A stretch of 64,000 nucleotides of DNA from Chthoniobacter sp. (GTDB lineage Bacteria; Verrucomicrobiota; Verrucomicrobiia; Chthoniobacterales; Chthoniobacteraceae): positions 28,191 through 92,190 of the forward strand of contig DASYAY010000093.1 in the NCBI GenBank assembly GCA_036501065.1, given 5' to 3'. Shown here piece after piece: positions 53,301 through 54,442 of this stretch (its first letter is position 1; every line of letters begins with the position of its first letter). A model generated the notes under the pieces. The model searched no databases. It saw only the letters and a program-made list of their open reading frames with translations, and had not been told where the DNA came from. The position numbers and the translations under genes are program-made.

Positions 53301-53873
53301 GCTGTTGCTGACCGCGCTGTTCACGAGGAGCGCGCCGGCGGAACTGTTCACCCAGGCTTGAGCCGTGCCCAGGGCCACACTCAGGTTCGTACTGCTCAGG
53401 GTCGTCGAGCCCGAGCCGGCTGCGGAATTGATCACGATTCCACCACCGCCGATCGTCAGCACCTGCGCCGAAGCCCCGCCTTGGAACGCGTAGCCCCCGG
53501 TATTGAACTGCATCCCGAACGCGGTGATGCCGCCGTTGTCGAGGGTCACCGTGCCCGCCGCGCCCTGGAAGATCGCTGCGTCGCTCCCATTGTTCGACCA
53601 CGTGGCCGCGCTCCCGCCGCCCGAGCCCAAAGTCCCCGGCATCCACCAGGAACTGTTCGTCGTGTCCCAATTGCCATTGCCGCCCGACGGCTCACCAGTG
53701 CCTGGCCCATCATTCAGCGGATCCCAGAACAACACCGTGATCGCCGACTTGGCCCGATGGATACCGAGCGTCAAAGCGGTCGACAGGACCAGCCACGATG
53801 AAAGCCGCTTGAGGAATTGCGCCGAAAGCTTGCCGGCTTTCCGCGTTTTGGAAGATTTTTGGGGCGGGTACAT
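23220..53873 (-). CDS. N-terminal part (10,189 in-frame aa plus 28-aa off-frame tail) of giant PATR-repeat surface protein/adhesin
   Basis: 30.6-kb open frame. Signal peptide MYPPQKSSKTRKAGKLSAQFLKRLSSWLVLSTALTLGIHRAKS. Dozens of PATR repeats (LTKxGxGTLxLxGxNTYTGxTxINxGxL). Strongly Gly/Thr/Ser/Ala/Asn-rich. The last 28 aa (PSSIRR...MLRST) break this composition. Confidence 0.92.
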   Translation of the reverse strand: MYPPQKSSKTRKAGKLSAQFLKRLSSWLVLSTALTLGIHRAKSAITVLFWDPLNDGPGTGEPSGGNGNWDTTNSSWWMPGTLGSGGGSAATWSNNGSDAAIFQGAAGTVTLDNGGITAFGMQFNTGGYAFQGGASAQVLTIGGGGIVINSAAGSGSTTLSSTNLSVALGTAQAWVNSSAGALLVNSAVSNSGFALALDSTSTGGITLSGVLSGSGSLFVESSGSGVVELSPSASNTYTGTTTINSGILRATAASGTSTVLGTGPLVLNGGVLQLASAPGSTVTLNNATTVTATSMITSDVTSGGSGAGSTYTFGTLAMGAPAFPGGTQTLMVTGGSNVTSGTAGVTFGTTTLNGNATFTTVNPTGGGNTVLTLGNTLTGANTIIANGNGTLAFSTASSTDTTSTTQSAANTTLTFTSTTGLAVGMAVTAHPNIPAGATIVSLTATTAVLNVNTFAAINSGTQITFTNQFNVSGSATVANNSYGGGVLNLGDVAIGNVTLTDAGPGAVTAGNVTLSASTGTFANTGAGTLTLGGPINGAFTMALDANSVGNINVTGSFAVIGTAVTVAGTGSGVVILSGINEQNGTTTLTSGVLRATTSQEALGIGSLALNGGTLQLTGGLPYGNNTTVGGNMTIQADNTSFGAGTTDTLGTLSLGAFALTVTAGEQVTASTTAGITFGAATLTGAGTINTNNSFFAANPFSASDPVTATTTLASLTGTFNFTVGGTGNLNVGAITTTTGTLTKNGMGTLTLTGANTFTGAITINGGSIVLGQTGTMAANPLTFGSANTGGGGFVVDGAAAGGGPTLGTLTFTGGLGTVTSVYGGSGNDVVKFASLGAFSNGATADFLYSGGAIGTTNQISFTTISAGLVNAGAFVGIAGGTDFAYANAANSYLRAPVYGTDSGFSNPVAANPAGGFSTLTGSSNNEILSTSGSGGTVDQAAGPTVTTLKMNGATSLVLGGTMTVGGSNARGGIIATGSNNITITGIGGLSSGGTGDLIFDVPLSTDGLTITTPLTNGTTGGITITGSGVVTLANPTYYTNNNSAFTGSINLDGSATLSIAGTGIGGTNYFGPLTLGSNNATRTIFFNGGTLQLTGTAGLATNFLTYTVNQPGGTLDVGSSALSLQYTNPYNTDNNGLTGTGNLTIGGSTTTAAGLVFINNPNGSFTGNIDVNAGTLRAGTAPGTVGNGTIIVGSGATFDDVIPALANASGTTNAVVNALVLNGTGVSGNGALQDSSPYAAYFTGAVTLASNASIGTNSAIFLSGNIIDNLAGYGLTTSGTGTVYLLGNDNYTGGTTISAGSTLQIGFGGAAGSLTATGGITDNGALIFNRPDALGYYYEGNISGSGSVTQSASYGSLVLLGANTYTGATIVNGGGALSVVPSALAGTQSIAVGTSVTSQLDFYAAANGATITLAPGATLTLGGSSSIGRLGLYVGAAGDNDELVLSQNLGAGGSVTVGAGGALIALTNLPGYSAGTYTLINAAGGIDTSSGGTISLTPATALSVPTGYLETLTTSATTVTLTVTAAPVGNFYWSGAQTNSSWYANVSGGVGTNWSLDPGGSSDAGITPGAGDTVNFNSGVTTTIDQNFMVAGLANNATTGTLTVNQGTTGAVNGTLTLMGGAGITVNNSGTTTVINAPLVLQGSQTWTVPTGSTLSIQNGTPINGIISGASSSITFNGGGTLTLGGFNSFTGGLTINQGQLNINNGGSNPGTANSAIGTGTLNLAGGVTLDNTSGEPQVIVTNNVQTWGGGFTFTGSNTLSMGSGAVTMSANSTLTLNGAPLVESGAIGGAFNLIKAGSGTLTLGVNNGFGGTGKTITLNQGMLNINAAAALGATNTGFIISGTGGSVAIDNTSTSAVAATNTYAQQWNADFTFVGSDGLSLGPGGVTLSASRNVTTNAVLFGLAGVSGDALTIGGVISGTGFSLTKSGSGELILGGANTFGGSSQNVNLNAGVLGIGNNAALGATGTVFNIAGGTAIDASTGSLTLNTYAEHWNGSFAFLGTNAFNLGAGAITMAGSTTVTNLSPTNALTIGGAISGPNLGLTANGPGTITLTGANAYTGTTTINPGSTLTIGTGGSINSGSGLALTGGTLKYTSATASQTPTFNGTTLNPGGAFVSNTGVSTSTLALGAITLSGAGGTVDFTVTDPITTMTANGTTSILGAWATVGGGANWAVSAGTGSAPGAITALGSYVSDLWASGNDTTVTFATNTQTNATTNSLRFNNTASDSITLSGTNTITSGGILVTPTVAGNTSTIIGGTLSSGSTDFIVQQFDNSGSFVLNTTISTTGGFTKSGTGIAVLGGTVNAGLGGSIANSIAGGVFLNAGVLQANSSSVTGGNGATGPLGSSGITISGGTLALAFDPSNTTSTFGAITPGNNVTIAGSGISADTTSTTQSGANSTLTFASTAGLSVGMVATGSGSIPAGASIVSITASTVVLSANTSAAINSGSALTFTAPSISVTRLGLGTNLSSTSPTLYTTAVNQDVQFGSLNVPNPGTTVTITPGANTGYGVEFMGTSNVFGQPYTVISVGANYSSTLSNQPASLILSGEVMGSQSWTLTGAGELLLSNGSNSQTGNIFVNGGFLAFTSDGALGTSTNQITLKGGTIDAVGNIAAGAVGGSPVTSYNTPVTTIPSNRVIDILSAANLGVGVNTTWNLSSPFGPTNAGFTKVDAGTLVLSANNGAWSGTVAVLDGVLELTNSSALGSTTNVSISGSVGAAIQLSGNITVTSPINLNTSSSNAGDAGGINAGGALESVAGVNTLTGALIAYSQDIGIGADSGSTLNVEGGVATVGHILYLTGGGTINFVTNPVGVLYSLDKSGSGTVDFETSVGNYNGSGAIFNIYNGKVSLSGGGLINGNTDGITVYPGATLSVTDNSVTPISNRLGSGRVIVLQGANLNYTGSALGNDQETFNTLTFNGGATTVTITPGTGNTTAIVANSVAVGAGAQVLIRGTNLGSPGGINEAVFLTNTGPTFVGAVGLTGSDAKGILPWAIVDTSITGTGFSFATSDSSAGTVGAPGAIWRPLSASEYVTSLANASAAVLGSSSLTAPLVSNNVVLSSAQTLTGSTTINSLNVASGGGITIAPAQEIIVASGGVLIQPGSSGISGGLISSGGAGALYFYAPSTTGTTTLSSTLLTTSGINIDSGNTVVLTNSEPFTGQTTINGGTLQLPSGATNGLIVGVATTGNALVVNEGATLDLNGGVQVVGALSSTGATVNGGTQGGVITSNTNAGTLVTNTGASTNFSGTISGTNVNFIRSGSTSNWAVTNAQTYGGTTLINGGGLTSGATLDGVTLEDYGSLASSNVTLNFASLNLNNTSGTLTDSSSRLPSDVVVNMNGGGLDFFGRAATYSHESVATVNLQSGLNILSSTDQSNIGNGPDSATLVIGNLTVSASAGTTVDFAQNYQNNSAGSLGLISDSAGHSENIFLANINGSAPKLTNNILGGWATVQSGYFTSNPIEFASYIAGTGVGALSTTGFAGYDSNAATLPANLGGTTGGENIRLTATATLPSGGATVNSFNLVNTVLQTNVALNFNGGSDLLVLNSGGLIVQNESTETQSLSTTITGASSTLPFSSVSGLSVGLLISGTSIASGTSISAINGSIITLSQATTATINSGTSLTFGAGAFSTSATQSGANSTLTFASTTGLAVGMAVTGSNVPAGTTIASISGNNIVLSAATTAVINSSVSLTFGGGNATVGAAPGSGQPGGEITSAWSNGAGANDLFIYDQNQTTGQGTALNSLIVDDNGTPVRLVLNGNNFGLNTSAITIFGANTYSGGTVVNGAAVTIGTTGTLPGGGLTINNGTVTQIAGGTIASQDVTLNGGSTLALQGPTNTFTSAISFNNFGGTAPTLSLIGNSTTTPNSLLNLTGASSITASSSNVAVVSTLSGTALDISGVTGVNGVGVLTVTANSVTADGTAGGTVISPYAATLNISTPITSATTPGVAGALIKNGAGVLELSPSVAIASTAESTTAGNSTVTVGSTTGLAVGEIVTGGGLPSGEVVTSILSGTQFTVSTGTNVTAATAQTLTFAGNTFTGGITLNAGGLYLANTDALGVNGSAFGILTIAGNNTSLSATGALAANPIVFGSAATNVTLGNYGGAAMTLPGLEAWNTSGTLTLTANAISGVTFNTQTLSGTITSGSSFNGLIKNGPGNLAIGGTSNMSTLNLTGANAIQIVGGLLNIGGSTLSDANLGFVPATPVANNIDVDGGALGVGGANTLLNPNRGITLGASVAGSQTGYGDIDGASSTVVIPGVITGGSLIKSGGGFVLVLTGGNTYTGTTTITSTNYGAASTNVTSGYFLVASNSGALGTGTGPGGAVTVMSGAGLDLDINAGSAISGTTQASVGGGIIILNKTLHLNGFDNITNGGAPAPQGALNNIAGPNTWGGPIILDSNAQISSVSGLLNVSGNITSSDGSYLQLNGIGNLQISGNIGSSVDNIQKYGVGTDILGGANTYIGTTMIYNGILRLQNSSALGVSTGNVGNGSSIELDGTSPNGNLTVTNNMTIAGFGSVLGSGNGNNSVNGVTAGTSNGALRSTGGLNTYSGVITLATDAQINSEVTGSTLLLTGGIIGNSNALTIAGSGNVAAFSTFSNISSLTKDDDGNLSINLANPTFSGPTVINGGQIDLSNGTGLGSGSITVASGAALDLQQLIPLSGTMIIANSLTLNGNGAGTAGLSGALASTAVPARLGGGILYTGLITLGSSSTISSDSGGLDISSLAGFNMGGFTLTLAGAGGGTIASTIAANSGSLIMNGTGTWALDGGSGYTGSTTVNSGTLIISGANTSLALVLNGGTLSLSLNFNPSGVFTAAPTVTFGGGTISVTGPSTGSGGQTLGNVTLNTGTNSGVVLSPGTSTDTDLVLGGVWTRGADSILNIDDTANNVDVVVPAAAVTGSGASSGTNNILGYVLVTDSGGTGLGTIQNVSGQFVIERFNSEDPTMATALTPGSSNAMTDYTTFGSTYVAPNTTASIPTALFTGVLDWSNGATLGARSVNSLTIDTSGNAAGTYAVFLGGDPGSTAPGGAAVLTLMSGALVFQGANNETIYGGQIGANNAELDIHQLGTGIFTIGSVLSGGTGSVVMDGGGTIVLDGGQTNLVGTLTNASSTVTGLTTSGLYVGEAVSAIGLPAGTYISSISGTTVVLTGSATTSNPTTLTFGTPSTYSGPTYVNSVYLQTQNNNALSADSAFILANSSSATLDIDGFSESVFTLSGGGAQGGNLLLGNGGVMTIGGGFTAFGGGINYATAIGNPGSWNTYAGQIEGSGSLALSGGSTLYLTNTANSYTGFTTVISGTLVINNLGELGMGNSAIAVMGSTNANAGGGAMPSGALVIQGGTNGLTINRNLTISGWGSGDVSGNGDYALVSIGNNVFNGIITTSSYSDTRLASIVGTEVFSSSSTLNISNVFGGNAFLATGQGNLTINAFMTGGVIGQTDFRHWNGVSIIGQVTVTNANNNFIGDFEVDPGNTRVSAAGDMGVAVDVTSIRLAGGTLELRVDPANVNFGTKTLATTTGNSTVLVGRGVDSTASTPGNAINQTITFGGATVNGTLILGFNSAASNITTVFGSTSDIGGDGYGITFGTGATSTVAVATGNPINLTTDLNGLLTINANLSTADTTSRVDVLGVTGDMLLVGNLLNAVTNQADDHIWQKTGVGTLAIQGTAATEVGAFNITNGTVAINAMNALNATVSGGVQIGSGGTFGLLNYLGSANAGLGETSGKAIILAGTTGAAGIFGNQQQNSTNTGATALILTNSIAATGGGSKTLYLEGYNNTTNAAVVNQIAGAIQDESSLNPTSILKGGSGTWLYAPTASTFVAPTLDAPAVTTSSAASTTGATTVSLTSTSGIAIGMVVSQAGNAAIPNGDFITAITGSVITLNSALTGQVSSGTSLAFNGLASTTNPSVAGTTNSNTLTLSSVNGLVVGQSVTGTGIPSGSVIAAINGNTITLNNNLPGAVATSTTLNFGSTANATGASFTGNVTVAGGNLEIQPTANSGAGSTPITAVNNVLFNTDNLTGNGYAGGTFTLLGSSTTGSLITNAGILVPLAGQGTVVTLASGGSPTLNFASLGSQTSATAANNSTTLAVTSTAGLFVGETVTGPSFTGVATVTSIASGTSLVISSAQTVASGNTLSFGRAPGTDLNFAPGTGTTITFTTTPTLVNGIIGQGLNSGYAIYTNTATGAVDFATVTGSGPFTVAPYGGYVTGLPASGSTATSTYLANSTVTTTAAETVNALKITGNTAITLGGALSIGTAPFTGSVLFDNSTGSATISSTNPAFTLGGAGQELVIYTGGTTPTNTLTISAPIGSGAASLTKGGNGTLVISGSNYFTGNVTVNAGTLMLSGAQASLGDITTAGNVITVRQGATLDINAAGPGSTTTVGMLAGGGTVTNSGGGSNTAATLNIGYYGVSTANATFSGLLTDGGGVLNVTKNGTGTEYFNALTGAAGSTSATGQTLGTIGYNTYSGITDIAQGVLSVTNLANYGVPSSIGTGASESNAASLVLGTSGTTGTLQYIGQNQNNFLTQIQSPSVQTNRLFTLAGNGAIDSSGGYGNSGVNAGTANNAALWFNNTAPVQFSTTGSKVLTLLGSSLGDNEIDLQLVNNSIDGSPLSVTKNGVGLWILGNGNNTYTGPTTITQGALRAQDGSSLPTASNLVFNGGVLETAGTFTRTLGSGADEVQWLGGTASGGFAASSSSLTVAIGGVSSLTPLVFGTASFTSGTFMLGSTTALSDTTVLNPLDLNGGSRNITVTDDASTSADIYTLSGVISGRTGSELNLSAAGSTMLILAANNTYSGNTTITGQIAVSSIGSGGASSAFGDATGQLYIGTGAGTGGYLLYTGPGETTTRTVNLNVTTGGDTIDASGSGALVLTSVVNLNPGAKTLTLRGASLDANTINSVLADNGGALTISKADGGTWILNGANTFTGTVTISGGALGIGSGWGSISNSSPNPLGENTTAGALTFSNGALFTLNPSGLTLNNGVTLANNSTNQISGLYSVTLKNFNVAGGGNNWVLQNDISEGSLTIGGSAITWTGTATVSQTLTLEGTGPTTTINAALPGNNGTDTFTLAINTEGTVILANATANLNTAGVSLTEGTLVLQSTASQNLPFGVAGATFSFGGGTVQNNTGSAIGSTTATTNTLTLNGTFATFINGTGTGAANSFTFNSNSANPTLINSGSNRLTYNNLSGGAALTIANSGSGAAVALSEVATTTARTWTLAGSGTTNITGPIWNANNAGVASVAINSGFTFDGTGALNLTGNNQIGGAVILNAGMTTLSGTNGAFNYNALTTETGAVNNASTTLTVTSGAASATGETVTGAGIPSNGVTISGGGGGNTLTLTLASSVASGGTVYFGGPTSITVNPGAVLTLDDTTADGGNMTVNTGIGAVNNRLGNRPLTLTAGTLNFKGSNTGSTEGTLGVAGALTLGSGQSVINITNNGGNTVLNFGALVVNTGSTLDLQSNTALGTTTSNELNLGTSMSATAATGTTLTLSGTGGLFVGESVYGAGIFNGTTISSITATTVVLSQGVEFGGVSAPTAIGFGLPVAGATVGSNNGIIPRITVESSGSTFFVTTGADGLTAFTNYNNGAVGTGLALDVTSLTSGQTPVTTTVLDVTSSTTNAVFSAGTAPGSRILNALAINGTATTVGVGNDGATGLPGDISLTLGSGAVLVTGNVTDTLNATRIVTGQLNAPSSSATVPSTTGVEAIVYVGSGATLNIGGTIVGSLAINQNVAATEFFPNATAPVANVATGGFTKGLSGTLDITARQFYTGTTTLNGGTTILGAGNNTLFDNGGQLNVNSGAILDLNGNNQYIGVLASSGAVIPNSGGTITSSTGPAVFVSNGTNANSTWAGSITGSSANAITFVRLSGNSTQSTLTLESANPYFGPTIFMGGQVALEDDATLLDTSSITLNYAALSLNNNNNLQININDRINDKAPITMNGGTLTLNGRANTYTTETFGGLTVASGANTITATVATSGIYNNTDMTFASFSRVGDATVNFTPATLGGTEDDPRILFTNPTGLGYNAPTGVIGAWAISNTDTFAAYNPSLGVGGVGDAGYQGFNGGYMSGGTVTTVTTPFSQLSTYSGGTLNGFGSLVGSNSLNVTSIQTGILGFNQVIVLPSGGATTDYLRFAGVAENDLAFTNSNDVLNITQGGLMHGNIAGEGSTTIGTPTVRGILTVGGTSGGTNSLVIYDSATGTTTQTGVTSNATIINTNTVTVGSTANLFAGMAVSGTGMPIGTYVTQVLSGTQFTTNYNATSTSASQTLTFSPNFVINSSIQDNGVGVTRLNKSGTGILTLTTGTSDMASAVTYANGSPIVAIPTSFAGATFNGEAVSGSGLPAGTTIMSGGGTGFLMLSNNVTLTGTGATVLTFGTTGASTQAGTMASNTTVTGLSTSGLYIGEAISGTGIPAGTTVASVINGSTIVLSNATTVSGGQNLTFGSSGNTYSGGTVVNEGTLNLDAGTVGTVSIPGGGLTIVGSPTNTGTTTVNVGITEIGGNTVGIGGQIAPNTTVTLLGRSQLNLAGAQTLSSLIFNNNGSESQGPTVALGTTATVPATILSLTSLSPITASSSNPAQVATISGATVGLANGTNTLTINPIQINGTTITQVAATLNISSAITGIGVTGAGVALNVTGGGLLELSSNASTFGGGVDLQQGGILIGASSSSSAPASSGAGTGVISGPLGTGAFTIANNTFLESTATGNAVANPLVLGSNNLNFKGGNGLTLSGALTLPSGNTTVNVDVPGSFLSLSGIVSGGATSGIIKTGLGTLALLNNDTFGGSITIDQGVLVLGGAVGSAPQPLANSSITLTSNGMLALENNGATTNGLIVYPNLNVTINPLSNYANLFVANATTVGVGLLGTGQANGLGNSIEVPQLTMTGTQVLDLGASNAYNLFIGNLTVSGAGSPQLNIPAGMTVEVLGYTAGHSPTNIGAGNLLFPDALIIGTTKATNGGSTINLANYNGMGNYYPLAISAPLTPVTSLPGGFAPGGLNIVGTTLATAPTSGGISQQTSALGFSGSGLVSTVNDANMNNRPPTLGPAAADSLFNLSGLLHITTSGTYVFRFGTDDGGTLYIDGSAILADNDTGGQAITQAPGTGSIVLSAGYHVIDFKPYNIGSSGAYTLLYSGPDTGTNGTPNATGIGTAGFQAIASSNLDAVTGAPTFANGYNFAAINTTPYSLASGSATIDTLGTQFGAVVNPTTSTPSLTLGNNTILNVVNGSSGGSYGAGYVGFDGNGGTATGGISIGTGVILATTNTATFSAGTLNLIGNITESGAGTAGALFKAGQGMLILGGTNTSTFTGDLIVQGGTVLLNSPNALSSGTTATLGGTVIRSVNSATTGTVTGIATGNTTLTLGGSDTVTTLNLQLGMAVSGTGIPAGTYIAGISGTTITLSQAETAAGSGTYYFNASGMLDLNGQTNVAGNITISGAGPVFPSASATPTAVFLANDGGALWNSSPNAASLSGTLTLGSSSTIGGNGNLALNGIAVSTGTPTLTKVGTDTLILTASSSATFNTNVNLGVLQLSTAASASGLGAAADIVTIAGGAVLDLDGQNVSNANPLSLNGVGYAGLGSITGVPTGGATGNDASALGSLINTSSTAATWTGTITLAGAASVGSNYLNSLSGIATAGGNITLAGQITGGVNFTKVGTNLVDLTGVTNGSSVTSWIVGEGTLEFSGAATVQNGAGSLAVSAGPQFTTTGTASVPFGYVTSVANGNSPNILNLDYSGLTGAGASRTNGHSITLNGGELLLTVNSGTVAEVESTTTNNLTLANVFNLIRLSPNSTSSIEYTNSGTLPLARSGRATGLIQANNLGGNGTALGTAGDTYIVVTGTFTTSFFTGQTAITLNATNTGVAPWLVVDNSSTGVGGSYSFASYNNNATTTGLQALTSGDYGVGAWNNGTLNNASNVNNSNFIFNTGTPSQTLLASANSLDLYIPNSLTITPTAASTPVTINGLNALGIQSGGILDYSGTTNTIAGTGFINGGTSMAANTFEMIFQIFNEGGTTTSLTVLPNVGGALAPTTGGLTKSGDGTLILSNSSAEGYTGQTSVNLGTLQFASGPSNNALYYKFSTPNSVSGANITTTVNADTLQVGSGGTLDLNGSSQTVGNLASAGTLPGAGGTITNSAGGSAVDLYTMPSASQDWAGSITGNINFIKSGASTLTFHYTNTYSGNTLVLGNLLALVDQGSITSSNIPSSIRRSSGMTPVCKPCPTAFRPMLRST
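26497..26920 (-). other. PA14-like carbohydrate-binding domain within the giant protein
   Basis: FNLSGLLHITTSGTYVFRFGTDDGGTLYIDGSAIL...GSIVLSAGYHVIDF...YTLLYSGP fits the PA14 pattern (G.Y.F...(S/T)DDG..L.IDG...L..G.H.I). Boundaries are approximate. Confidence 0.8.
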
Positions 53874-54032
53874 AGGCGAATGCGAGCTCAGCTGCTACGG
53901 GGGGCAGGGACGGGAAAAGGGCAAACTTTGGGATGTTGTGGATATGATCCAGATGCGTCAAAAATATTTTCGGGATTAATCTGCCCTTACGTGATAGCGC
54001 GCCCTTGACATCCGGAAAATCTCGGCAATTTC

Positions 54033-54049
54033 GTAGTGTTATACACTAC
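54033..54049. promoter_or_regulatory. Palindrome in divergent promoter region, candidate transcription-factor site
   Basis: GTAGTGT-TAT-ACACTAC is a perfect 7-bp inverted repeat in the relatively AT-rich 569-bp gap. On the minus strand it overlaps a TATAAC -10-like hexamer. Confidence 0.45.
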
Positions 54050-54442
54050 CTATCTTGTGGTTTTGCACGAACTCCCGGCTTTTCCGCAAATGGCCTGCAA
54101 ATCGACGGTTAGGTCCGGTTGCCCCGTGTCGTGGACCGCAAACACCACCGGCGGTTCCGGCACATTCCCGATGCTTTTCAAGGGGTGACCTTGTATTGGC
54201 CAAACGCCAGAGCCATGATGAGGCGTGAATCGTACGCGCCAATCCGGAGTTTTTCGGGACTCAGCCTGCCGCCGGAGATCCGCCACCCCCAGCGCCTTCG
54301 AAGCGCAAGCATCCCCAAAAGCGGTTGATAATTTAATTAACATAATTCGCAGGGCGGGACCTCGAATCGGCAGCAGGTTGCGCTCCCGAATCTGTTAAAT
54401 TCGCGCGCAAGGTTCTCCCAACCACCAAGGTCACCAGTCTCC

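Noticed and set aside
53874-54000. ops/JUMPstart antitermination element ahead of the giant gene
   Set aside because: No GGCGGTAG match on the coding strand; only a weak CCCGTAG.
54005-54033. Perfect TTGACA as a sigma70 -35 for the plus-strand GT run
   Set aside because: No acceptable -10 hexamer 16-18 nt downstream.
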